In this document: piece after piece, positions 49,499-60,641 of the stretch | How the letters are laid out: every line of letters starts with the position of its first letter | Position numbering within the stretch: position 1 is the stretch's first letter | IMG/VR virus record: IMGVR_UViG_3300017700_000931 | Span: 256,001 to 320,000 of that record | Length of the DNA: 64,000 nucleotides | Origin: a virus | Taxonomy: Duplodnaviria > Caudoviricetes | Strand: one strand, 5' to 3' | Notes under the pieces: generated by a model | The model's database searches: none | What the model was told of the DNA's origin: nothing | Seen by the model: only the letters and a program-made list of their open reading frames with translations | Translations under genes and position numbers: made by a program

Positions 49499-51826
49499 AT
49501 GGAAATAATTAAGAATTCATTTAAAGTTTCAATTAACTTACCTAAAAAAGATTTCACTGGTTTTGATTATGTGGCCAGTGAAATCCAGATTAATACTGAA
49601 TTCAGACCTGCGGTAAATACCTTTACATTTAAATGTAATATTCCAAAATATATATTTGATGTAGTTGCGGATAGTGATATTAAATACTTCACTAACCCAC
49701 CTAAACCAGAACATTATTTTGAACGTAAAGATAAAAAATTTACCACTACATTATCAGCTCCAACCCTTGATGGCTTACTTAAAGATTTACAAAATATATG
49801 TTCTGACGCATTAAGCACCAAAGAAAGAGAAACCGCACAAACTGAGAAATATATTGCAATTAAATTTAAGCAAAGTAATTCTAGCCAAAAAGATAATTTT
49901 AACTTTGCCAGCATGGGTTTTTTAACAAACTCCTCATTCCAATTTTTTGTTGTTCATAAAATTATAAAGTCACCTCATAGCCTTGACCGATATAATTTTA
50001 AGTCAAATGTCACTAATAGGGCATTAAATAGTCCTATTCATAATAAACATAAGGATGGGTGGTATTATTTCGGGATTGGTGTCGTTGAACAATTTCAATT
50101 AATTAAGTGGACCCAAGAGCGTGAGGATTTCCTAAAGGATGTGCAAAACAAATTTGTTTTAATGAATGAAAAATTGGAAACATTCTTAGGTGACATTGAC
50201 GATGATAAAATTATTGAATTAATGTCCAATGCTCAGTTCTTACTGGGTGATGGCAAATAAAAATAAATTATGGAAAATATTGAGAACGCCGCTGAAAAAT
50301 GGTATGAAGGAATGTCCAAAGAAGAATGGATTGAAATGGAAAAAAAACATGGTTATTATGGACATGACATTGGTACTACAAAAGAAGATATTGTAAATAT
50401 TTATAAGTCTGAATTTAGTACAAAAATAACAAAACAATCACCCAAAAATGATTTATCTTGGATGTGGCATTGCTCATCTACCCCAGATAATGTTTTAGAT
50501 TATTCTCATTTAACTGATGTTAGTGATAAAATCACACCAGCATTAACTAAAGCTGCGGCACATGGCTTTAGATTAGCCATGAGGAGAATGGAAGAGTTAG
50601 GTTTAATTGATATGAATGATATTGATAGAAAACCTAATGAGATTGACCAAAAAACATGGGACGAAAAATTTAAAAAAGAAAGTGATGAAGATTAGTGTTG
50701 ATTTAATGTTGTATGCCGTAAGAAACCAAGAAGGTAAGTTCTTCCGGTCCAAGGGTTATGGTGGCTATGGTCAAACATGGGTTGATGATATTAAGTCAGC
50801 AAAGATTTATACTAAATTAGGTCAGGCCAGAAGCCGTGTAACTTGGTTCTCCAATAACTACCCAGAGTTTGGTATTCCAGATGTAATTGAATTACATGTC
50901 ACCAATGGTACGATTCTTAATGAACAAGGTCGTGTGGTGAAAGCTATGGCCAAAAAGAAACGTGAAGAAATTAATCGTGAGATAGGTAATGCTCAACGAA
51001 AAATTAATGAGGCTCAAGAACAATTACAAAGAGCTCAGGATAAAAAGGACCTGATTAAAAATCAACAAGAAAAGATTGAAAAACTCAAAGACGATTTGAA
51101 AAAAATATAACATCATTAAAAACCACCGAACATGATAGCAAGTAAGATACTCAGGACCCCAACCAGAGAAAAACAAAAAAAGAAACAACGCATTCAAGTT
51201 CACCGAACAAAGCGTGAAAGGCTATTCACTTCTGAGGATTTGGCCGGAATGAATTCCTTACTGGCTAAGGCGATTGCAATTATTTATGGAAATTAATTGA
51301 TAATTTATTTGGTAGAACCAAATAAATGTATTATCTTTGTTACATCATTAATTAAAACCAACCAAGTATGAGAGGAATGTCTGAAACCGCAAAAGCGGAA
51401 TACAAAGCAAAATGTTCAGCAATTAAAGTCATTGTTTATGACTTAGAAAAAATGTCTGAAGAACTCACAAAACAGCTTAATGAAAACCCAGATTTTGCTG
51501 GTAACAAATATGAGGTTCGTGAGAAGAGATTAGCTCTTGTTGTTGGTCAAGACATGATAACGGATACTGAGTGTGCTTATTATGTAAATATTGCTGATGG
51601 TGTTCAAATGGATGTCTATAAAGCAAAAGAAGAAATTAAAAAAGAGGATGGAACCATTTGTTGGAGCGTTTCTATGTTCCCAGCATGTACTGTTACCTTA
51701 TTACCAAAACACTTTGAAGATTATAAAGTAGAAGAAACTACACTTGATTTATTTATGGGTGACCGTTTCATTTACAATGGAAGAGTTGTTGGGAATATGG
51801 ATAGTTTGCTTCATAATTTAAAATAA
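49499..51826 (+). CDS. hypothetical proteins (49499-50260, 50270-50695, 50685-51110, 51368-51826)
   Basis: ORF track with corrected starts. Confidence 0.8.
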
Positions 51827-51831
51827 TTCCT

Positions 51832-52770
51832 ATGACTAATATTTTCGAGGGTTTCAACCCACTTACTAAAAGAAGTGTTGAACTTGAATTTCTTCCTGAT
51901 GATAAGGATATTAGATTCTTAACTAACGTTAGTAAATACAAAAAAGAATCTGACATAGATAAAGATGACCTTGAATGGTTAGCGACTATTAAAGAAGGTC
52001 TTGAGGAGATTTCGGACTACAATAATAAAGTAGACCCAAACCATACTGATACAGCAACTGATTACCGATTAATTGATATACCTGAAGATGTAATTAGCTT
52101 AATTATTAAAGCCGAAACTGCTCTTGGGGTTATTTACAATGGTGGTGTTACCAATTACAAAAAGGAAAAACTAAAAGAGTGTTTAACAACTAAGGGATTA
52201 ACACCTAATGGTTATAAATGGGAACTTGATTATATGTCATTTTACCCAGAGGATTATAACCGCAAACTTAAACCAAAAGGTAATTGGATTCTAATTACTG
52301 TTGATGCTCCGGTGGAGTCAGCACCAGCTAAGTATACGATTCATTATGCTACACCAGTAAGCCGAGCATATAGTGGTTATGGTGGTGGTTACAGATTGTG
52401 GTACGCAAGTATTCTTGTTAACAACAAAGAGATTTTCATGCACCCTCGTGAGTATGTCGTTATTCATGATGCTAACTTATTGTTAGAAAACATTGGTAAA
52501 GGATTTGAAATGGTTGAGGGTTCTTCTTCGGCTAAACTGGATAAAAATAAAGTATTTTATTTGAAGTCCAGAGGATTCAACCAAGCAGAGATTTACCAAA
52601 TATTGTTTAAGTCTGTAACAAACAAAGGGTTTTGTCACTTTACAGTTGACCCAGACTTGATGGTCATGTTTGATAATATTAAAGAAGGTTTCATGAGTCC
52701 AGAAATGGCTTTTAGAATTCATGACCACAGACAAAATATGCCTAACTTTAAATTCGGTGAAAAATGTTAG
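51832..52770 (+). CDS. protein with a SufB/SufD-like C-terminal tail on an unrelated N-terminal region
   Basis: SSSAKLDKNKVFYLKSRGFNQAEIYQIL...GFC resembles the SufB/D C-terminal FYLxSRG segment; no beta-helix repeats seen; overlaps sufC. Confidence 0.65.
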   Translation: MTNIFEGFNPLTKRSVELEFLPDDKDIRFLTNVSKYKKESDIDKDDLEWLATIKEGLEEISDYNNKVDPNHTDTATDYRLIDIPEDVISLIIKAETALGVIYNGGVTNYKKEKLKECLTTKGLTPNGYKWELDYMSFYPEDYNRKLKPKGNWILITVDAPVESAPAKYTIHYATPVSRAYSGYGGGYRLWYASILVNNKEIFMHPREYVVIHDANLLLENIGKGFEMVEGSSSAKLDKNKVFYLKSRGFNQAEIYQILFKSVTNKGFCHFTVDPDLMVMFDNIKEGFMSPEMAFRIHDHRQNMPNFKFGEKC

Positions 52771-53495
52771 AAATAAAAAACTTACATACTAGTATTAAAA
52801 AAGTACCAATTCTTAATGGTATTGACCTTAGCGTTGGTGAAGGTGAAGTTCACACCATTATGGGTAAAAACGGCTGTGGTAAGTCCACGTTGCTTAACAC
52901 CATTATGGGTAGTGAAATGTATAAAGTAGATAAGGGAACCATTTCTTTGCATGGTAAAGAAATTCAAAAGATGGACCCAACTGACCGAGCAAAACTTGGT
53001 ATGTTTATTTCATTCCAGACACCATACGAATTCTTTGAGGCTACAACGATTAGTATTCTTACAAGGGTATGGAATATTAACCATAAGGTTAAGGGTTCGC
53101 CAGATGACTTCTATGCAGCTCACACAGACTTATTGAAATTACTTGACATTGATGATAACATGTTAGCTCGTGAATTCAATGTTGGTTTCTCTGGTGGTGA
53201 ACGCAAACGCTTAGAGGTTCTTCAATTGTTATTGATTAAACCCAAATTGATTCTTCTGGATGAGATTGATACCGGATTGGATATTGATAGCGTAATTGCT
53301 ATTGGTAATACACTTGCTACGTACCAAAAGGAAAACAAAGCTACTGTTATTATTGTAACACACTTGTCCACATTTCTGAAGTACTTGACACCGGATAAGG
53401 TTCATGTAATGTCAGATGGTGTTATGGTTAAGTCTGGTGATAATTCATTAGCCAAAAGGATTACTGATGAAGGTTATTCTTTTATTGGTAAATAA
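52764..53495 (+). CDS. sufC: SufC-type ABC ATPase
   Basis: GKNGCGKST, GMFISFQTP, REFNVGFSGGERKR, LLDEIDTGLDID, IVTH, PDKVHVM.DG..VKSGD..LA.....EGY. Confidence 0.92.
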   Translation: MLEIKNLHTSIKKVPILNGIDLSVGEGEVHTIMGKNGCGKSTLLNTIMGSEMYKVDKGTISLHGKEIQKMDPTDRAKLGMFISFQTPYEFFEATTISILTRVWNINHKVKGSPDDFYAAHTDLLKLLDIDDNMLAREFNVGFSGGERKRLEVLQLLLIKPKLILLDEIDTGLDIDSVIAIGNTLATYQKENKATVIIVTHLSTFLKYLTPDKVHVMSDGVMVKSGDNSLAKRITDEGYSFIGK

Positions 53496-54694
53496 TGGCA
53501 AAACTTACTAGTATATATAATGAATTACCTTTTGAAGAAGGTAAAACATACCAGACTAAATTTCAGACTGGTGAGAAGTTCTTGATTTCTAAAATTATTA
53601 AGTCAGGGGATAAAATTATTAGATTTGAAGGGATTTATGAAACAGCACCGCATTTAGGTCCTTGTCCATTAAATCCCGACAGATTAATTCCTGATAAGGT
53701 AAAACAATCAGAAATCTATGTTTGTGATAAATGTGGTACACCAATTGAATAATTATGGAAATTGAAATAATGAACAAGCCAATTTATGCTGTTGTTGATG
53801 CTGGAGTATTTGGTGCTAGAATTATTGCTGGTATAGTTATCGGTATTCAATTCACCAACAAGAAACCTGTATATTGTATAGGATTCGGTAAGAACTCAGT
53901 TTGGACCTCAAACATTGCACACAATAAGGAAGAATTACTAGGGTTGCTGGAAATTCCAGACCTTGATAAGGTTGCTGCCGCTGGTGCCGAAGTAAAATTT
54001 ATTCAATAATATTTTAATTAAACTTATGAACATCTTAGCCCTTGTTGTTTTTATCATCGTAATGACGTTTATCATTATCTTTTTAATTAAAGATAGAAAA
54101 GAACGATTGAAATTGACTGATGATTTTTTCAGTATTAAACGCAAATACGATTTGATTAGACATCCTGATGTATTCAGTGTTGAAAAGTTCAATAAGTGGT
54201 TTGTTAGCCCCAAGTCAAATGATATCTATGCAAATGCTGGAATTTTTGGTAGGACAGATAAATTAGGTTCGAGTCAATTTATTGATTATTTTATTTACTT
54301 AGGACTTACTAGGGCTGACGCTAAAAGTTTTTATGCTGAAAACTATAAGGTTGTGATGAAGTTTGAAAATGCTGTTCGTACAAATTGGTTACACCGCTAA
54401 TTTATGACTAACACATACGACACTAGTAAACATATTCTAGCGACACTAATCGAGATAACTTCATATCACCCATATAAAGTGGCTGATAGTGAATTCACTG
54501 AAATCCTAGAAGCTTACAATATGTCTGAAGAAGTAGTCATGGATATGATGATTAGGATGCCAGACCAATGTGGTTCATTTTCTAGAGTTGTGGATGGATT
54601 TATTTTCTTTGAAAATGATTTTGAAAGCCATTTGGATGATGAACCATTAGATTTTTTCTCTAAAAATAAAAAAGATTTGGTGGATTCAAATTAA
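53495..54694 (+). CDS. hypothetical proteins (53495-53752, 53755-54009, 54026-54400 N-terminal TM, 54404-54694)
   Basis: ORF track. Confidence 0.75.
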
Positions 54695-54731
54695 TTCACT
54701 ATATTTGTCACATCATTAAAACAAACCAACT

Positions 54732-55529
54732 ATGTATATTTTAGGAAATCCAATTCTTGGTAAAAATTTCAGACAATCTTCTCTTATATTAAATGAAGAT
54801 GGTTTATACCGATTGATTCAAGTCAATAATATGTCAGAACGCATTTTCCTTACAAATGACATTCATAAAATTCTTGAACTACTAGACCTTAAATTAGAAG
54901 ACCTAGATAATAAAATTGATGAGGACGCATTCATTCAATTGGTTGCTTGCCCATATTTCAGGTTAAATAAATTTATGGGTCATGAGGTTGAACGTTCAAA
55001 AGAATTGGAGACCTTCAGATTGTTCTTGTTAACACAGGAAAAACATTGGATGGAGCGAACTAATAGATTTGAAGCGATTCGTACTGAACGTCTTGAGAAA
55101 GTCTTAGGACTTGAGCTCAGGTCCAAGTTTGACCGGATGAAAATTATTTTAACTGACTTCCCGCACCAATTTCGTCGTAAATTTAATGGTACTAAAGCAT
55201 TGTTAATTAAATCTGGGTATAACCCACAGAATTTTTCAAAAGACATTCCAAAATTCTACGATTCCTTTAAAACAGAATTAGAGGTAATGGAATTTTTTGT
55301 TGATGGTACAATACAAGATATTGTTGATAGATTCAATATAACTTGTAAAACACCGGATTTACCAATTTCTTATTTGGATGAATTAACATTACCTTTATTG
55401 GAAGTCGAGAAAGAAGAATTAAGTAAGGCTAAAAAAGAAATTGAATTTTTTCACCAGAAAATTGGTAAAATTGATTTTCTGATTAAACAAAAAGAAAAGG
55501 AAATTAAGGCTTTAAAAAAACTTCAATAA
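54732..55529 (+). CDS. hypothetical protein resembling the non-catalytic C-terminal part of phage nucleotidyltransferases
   Basis: DGLY...IFLT.D...ILELL.L...CPYF...RRKFNG pattern; no GS..DxD catalytic motif seen. Confidence 0.35.
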   Translation: MYILGNPILGKNFRQSSLILNEDGLYRLIQVNNMSERIFLTNDIHKILELLDLKLEDLDNKIDEDAFIQLVACPYFRLNKFMGHEVERSKELETFRLFLLTQEKHWMERTNRFEAIRTERLEKVLGLELRSKFDRMKIILTDFPHQFRRKFNGTKALLIKSGYNPQNFSKDIPKFYDSFKTELEVMEFFVDGTIQDIVDRFNITCKTPDLPISYLDELTLPLLEVEKEELSKAKKEIEFFHQKIGKIDFLIKQKEKEIKALKKLQ

Positions 55530-55569
55530 AAATTTGGTGAATTGAAATATTATCTCTATCTTTGGCCCC

Positions 55570-55806
55570 ATGTCAAGAAATAAGAACCCACAATATTTGG
55601 CTGAAAAGCTAAGACGTACCAAAATACGTAAAGACAAACGTAATGACAATTACCGTCAGTGGTCTTCTAAAGCTAATGATGCTGGTAGAAATATTGCTTG
55701 TGTCAAATACCATGGTAGTTGGGATGACCCGAACTCTCCAACTGGTAGAAGTCAAATTTGTGAAATGGGCGGACATTGTGAGTCACCATGTAATGGGGAT
55801 TGTTGA
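55570..55806 (+). CDS. basic N-terminus / Cys-rich C-terminus hypothetical protein
   Basis: ORF track; near-leaderless start. Confidence 0.7.
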   Translation: MSRNKNPQYLAEKLRRTKIRKDKRNDNYRQWSSKANDAGRNIACVKYHGSWDDPNSPTGRSQICEMGGHCESPCNGDC

Positions 55807-55812
55807 TTATAT

Positions 55813-55870
55813 TGCGTGGTAGCTCAGTGGTAGAGCTTTTCGCCGGATGGTTCGATTCCTCCCTACGCAA
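55813..55870 (+). ncRNA. 58-nt tRNA-like RNA lacking the anticodon arm
   Basis: TGCGTGG/CTACGCA-A acceptor, TA-GCTC-AGTGGTA-GAGC D-arm, 8-nt linker, GGATGG-TTCGATT-CCTCC T-arm. Confidence 0.75.
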
Positions 55871-55886
55871 CAATTAAATTTAAACT

Positions 55887-58416
55887 ATGAAACGATTAAT
55901 TTTACTATTTACATTTTTCATCGCATTAAATGCGAATTCTCAATTAGATACGATACAGAAACCTTGTATTGCTGTCACTAATGAGACGAAAGATACACTC
56001 TATGTTGTTGTGGATATGTATACCATGTTTTTAATAATGTGGGAGAACCCAACCATTACTGATGCTAAGCCAGTAATTATACCTGTGACTTCACTTCAAT
56101 CGTATTACCGCCGAGAAGATTAATATGTTTCAACCACAACTAAAACATAAAGCCAAACATGGTAATTATAGGGATAAACCTACTAAAGGAGAGGTCCTTG
56201 GTTTGATGTCTTTATATAGTGGTGTGAGTGATATGGTTTTAAATAAAAAGCCAGTTAAAAAACAAATTGGTGTTCAACTTAGATTAGAATTTTAAATGAA
56301 AGAAAAAATAAAAAAATTCATTAATGAAACACCAAATAGTGTTCTGTTTTGGAATGCTATGTATTATGTTGTATTGATTGCATCAGCCCTTTACGATATT
56401 GATTTAATGATTTTCTTATATGGTATCAGTAGCCTTATTGCAATTGGTATTATCTACGATAAGGATGAGGAAAATCATTTGTGGACCGCAACATCCTTAC
56501 CTGTTTTATTTCTCATTGTGGTTACTGGAATTGGATTTGCTATTGGGTATCCGTTATATAAACTTATATTCTGGATAAACGACAAACTGGATGGTAAGAA
56601 GAAAAAATAGGACATTAACTTGGACACAGTGTCCAAGTTAAATAATATTATAATATGGAAAAATTTTCATTATTCAATGTAGCTTTGTACGCTAAAGGTT
56701 GGTATCTTAAAGAACACAAACAAGATATCTGGAAAGACCTTAAGGTTATGCTAACACTTGATGATTACTCCGGTGAGATAATGACTAAAAAGGATGTCAC
56801 CAATCTTATATTATATCATTGTGGAAGATTAGATATTAGAGCATTTAACGACCTAAGTTGTTTTGCTGACGGCATTAGTGCTGATAATGGTTGGCGGTAT
56901 GGTTATGAAACCAAATATAATAGACCATTTCTAACCTCTAAAGAAGAAAATGATTCATTGCCTGAATATGATTATCATGAGGCGATTGTTCGCTATTGCT
57001 TATCAGCGATAAAAAACACTACGATTGATAAATTGGTTGATGATTTAACATTGCCAAGACCCAACTACAAGCTTGGCCTACGCAAGCCAAAACACATTAC
57101 CACTGCAATGCTTAAACAACATTTTCCAGATAATGTGAAAACTGATGTTGTTAAAGTAGAAACTATTAAATTGAATTGGTCCAATGTATTTAACACAAAA
57201 CAATGGCTAGATACATTAAGTACTTTCACTACTATTGATGTGGCTCGTAAACGAGCAAAGGATAGTGGGTATGTTTATTTCATTTGGAATGATGTTGTGT
57301 ATAATACTAATGGTGAAAGATTAGAATGTACTCAAGAAGATATCAATACTAATTCTTCAAATTGTTTAATTAATTTATAAGAGATGTTAGAATTAAAAGG
57401 TGATGAACATATCATGTATGGTTGGACATACCACGGTGGGTGTCGTGACCATGCTGTACCGGATGAGATTATGGTTTCACAAATAAGTGGGCTATATCAG
57501 GATGGTAAATTAGTCACAACTCATTTCTTATATGGTCATAAATCACTTTCTGAAGATATGACACTAGATAAGATTGTGGCAATTGGTGACAATGAAAATG
57601 GAACTCTTGAAGTTAATGGTTGGGGTGGTAAGTATCGCATCGTTAACCAAGAACTTTTTGATAAGTACGTTGAACAAGGATTAATCGTTTTTAAACAATA
57701 ATATGACAACACAGCACCACAAAAATGTTTGGACCACATTCGATGGTCGTAAGATATTCATTGATAGATTAGAGGACCAACATCTATCAAACATTTATTG
57801 GTTCTATCTATTATTCTGGGGTGAAAAGAATATCAGCCCGAAAATAATTACTGAATTGATGAAACGATTTGGTTCTCTTGATAATATCCTATATTTCAAG
57901 CCACTCCCAATACCAAGTGAGATTGCTGATTTACGTAAGAAGGGCCATATTGCTGGTCAAAAAATCGTTATGATTCAAAACGGTAAACAGGTTGTCATTG
58001 GTAGCATTTCTCACATTCCAGTATCTCAACAATATTAATTTAAACTAAAATTTATGGTATCATACGCACAAAAACACGGAAAAGAAATTATTAACTGGGA
58101 TAAAGAATTATCCGGCACCATCACTCCAAATCGTATGGATGATTTGGTTAGTTATTCTGATAGCTGGGATACTTGTCCGATTGGTCAGCTCTCTAATGTA
58201 ATACCTAGAGAATTATCTGGTGAGGCAAAGGATAGTTTATTAGCCACACTTGCTATAAAATTTACTGAGTCATTCAAAAGTAATGATATTGCTTCTGCAA
58301 AGCATTTTCTCACATTAATAAAAGCACACAGTAAATTTATTGTTGAGCAAGTTGAGTCAGCTAAATTGCTTGAATTGGATACCTTCTATAAAGAAAGTGG
58401 TAAAAAACGACCATAG
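55887..58416 (+). CDS. run of hypothetical proteins (55887-56123 exported, 56296-56610 multi-TM, 56655-57380, 57384-57701, 57703-58038, 58054-58416)
   Basis: ORF track. Confidence 0.75.
56615..56641. repeat. 13-bp inverted repeat with a 1-nt spacer
   Basis: TTAACTTGGACAC-A-GTGTCCAAGTTAA, intergenic. Confidence 0.8.
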
Positions 58417-58479
58417 TATTTGGTCAATTAAATTATTTGTCTTATATTTGTAACATCATTAAACCAATTTTGATGTAAT

Positions 58480-58992
58480 ATGGTTAGAGAAATAATTCAA
58501 TATAAGTCAAATACTGGTTCGACGAAGGAAATTCATACCATATATGATACACCGACTTCCGGTTCCTTCGCTGATTATATTCTGTTAAAGGATGAATTGA
58601 AAAAACAGGATGTTGATTTTTTATTAGAGAATATGGAATGGCAAATTAGATTGTTCTACCATTTTAATTTTCTGATAAAAAACCTAAATAATTCCAATGG
58701 CAATCTGATTTGTGTTTATTGTGGTAAACAACATTTAAAAATTCAGGCCGTTGGTACAACAATTCCTCACGAACAAATGGCTACGGTAGACCACTTTAAC
58801 CCAAAGTCCAAGGGTGGTGCCCATTTTGATGAAGATAATATGGTTGTTGCTTGTTTTAAATGTAACAATAAAAAGAAGGATAAAATTGTTTCGGTTGATA
58901 CATTGAAATACCTTGATGAGGAACGAAAGCAAAAATTTATTCAGACCTATTCCAAGAAAGAAAATACAAATAATTTGGTTAATTCAATTTAA
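58480..58992 (+). CDS. HNH endonuclease
   Basis: CVYCG...ATVDHFNPKSKGG...NMVVACFKCNNKK; own promoter. Confidence 0.88.
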   Translation: MVREIIQYKSNTGSTKEIHTIYDTPTSGSFADYILLKDELKKQDVDFLLENMEWQIRLFYHFNFLIKNLNNSNGNLICVYCGKQHLKIQAVGTTIPHEQMATVDHFNPKSKGGAHFDEDNMVVACFKCNNKKKDKIVSVDTLKYLDEERKQKFIQTYSKKENTNNLVNSI

Positions 58993-59009
58993 AAGACTAT
59001 CTTTGTGCT

Positions 59010-59429
59010 ATGCAAATGACTAAAGAAGAAATACTTGATGAAACGGTTGCGTTTTATTCTGAAGACCCTAAACGTAGAGCTTTAAAAGAAGATGGTAAAT
59101 GTGCCTATAGTACGCCGGATGGTAGACATTGTGCTGTCGGTAGATGCCTTAAACCATCACTATTGAAGCAAGGTACTGAATTACTTGGAAATGGTGATGG
59201 TGTTTATCGTTTGGTACAAAAACAAAACAACATTCCTATTGGTGAATTGGTAACAGGGATTGATAATCTATTAGATGATAGATATCATGGACATTCTATT
59301 GCTTTTTGGGGTGACCTACAAAATATTCATGATTATAAATATTATTGGTGTGATTCAGGTTTGACTGAACGTGGTTTAAAAATGGTTAACCATGTAAAAG
59401 AAAAAATTAAAAGTGGTGTTTATAATTAA
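59010..59429 (+). CDS. hypothetical protein, paralog of 60642-61085
   Basis: Y.EDPKRR...C.Y...C.VGR.L...LQ..HD...YW....LT..G. Confidence 0.75.
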   Translation: MQMTKEEILDETVAFYSEDPKRRALKEDGKCAYSTPDGRHCAVGRCLKPSLLKQGTELLGNGDGVYRLVQKQNNIPIGELVTGIDNLLDDRYHGHSIAFWGDLQNIHDYKYYWCDSGLTERGLKMVNHVKEKIKSGVYN

Positions 59430-59432
59430 ATT

Positions 59433-60634
59433 ATGAAAGGAAAAATATTTTTGTTAAGTCTTTGGTTATTATTCACACTGATTCTAACATTCTCGGTATT
59501 CGGAATGTTATTATTCATTAGGTCTGATGGTAATGTTAAACATTGGCAAGGCATTGAAGGTCGTTCTTCTTGGATGGCCTTTGGGCATAAATTATTGGAT
59601 GATATAGTCAAAAAATAATTATGGGATTACTATATTTCTATATCGGCTTTTCCTACCTATTCCAAATTGGTTCTGCTATTAATAAACCATTACCCACATG
59701 GAATATTTTATTCGCCCCTTTATTATTACCTATGGCGTTAGGTAAAGCATTTAGTATCATCATCGAAAAATGTAATCGTTAATGGGATTGATAATTATCA
59801 TATTAATCATACTGCTTGCCATTTATCTGGATGGTGATGAGTCTAGTATTACTAATCAACCAAACGTAACATTCGGTGGTCATATTGATTACCCAACTGA
59901 CATTAAATGTGAGTGTGGTTGTACTGATTTCTCCATAAATAATATTGACACATCTACATGGGATATGATTTGTCCTAAGTGCAACAATATTGCCTATAAG
60001 CACCCAAAGCGAGAAGAAAGACAAGAGCAAATTAAAAACATGTTAGACTGGTGATGGAAGAGAATTTTAAAATATTAGCTCAAAATATCAAGAATAATCC
60101 TGATGATTTTTCCGCTGAACAAATTGAAAAGTATTTAAATGATGCTTTCACATTAGGAAAGAATAAACGTGTTGCAGACAATCCGGTTATTGCTAAGTGG
60201 ATTAAAACTACTGATGAAAAAGAATTGGCTGATTTTGAAGCACGATTACATAAGTCATTTGAATTCACAGAAAATGATACCAAAGAACATATCGCTTATC
60301 TATTTGGTTGTTGGTTAAACCAATACTTTGAGGTTTGGAATTCAGATAGTGATGTCTGGATAGATGGTAACCATAATGCTTGGACCACTAAAGAACTGCA
60401 TACTGAATTCATCAATGTTTATAAAAAATAATTATGTTGAAAAAAAAATTAATGAGAGATTTAGATGATATCAATAAATCTAACCTCTCGGAACTAAATG
60501 TTGACACTAAATCATATTCGGCTGGATATTCTAATGGTTTCGTAAGAGGATTTTATCATGCGATACCATTGGTTATAATCATATCAATGATTACTGTTAT
60601 GGTTGCAGTTAGTATTATTTTTTATAATAAATAA
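59433..60634 (+). CDS. membrane and hypothetical proteins (59433-59618, 59782-60054 Zn-ribbon, 60051-60431, 60434-60634)
   Basis: ORF track. Confidence 0.7.
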
Positions 60635-60641
60635 AAGAATT

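Noticed and set aside
51832-52770. Calling this gene sufB or sufD
   Set aside because: Similarity is limited to the C-terminal tail; no gene symbol given without a profile or structure match
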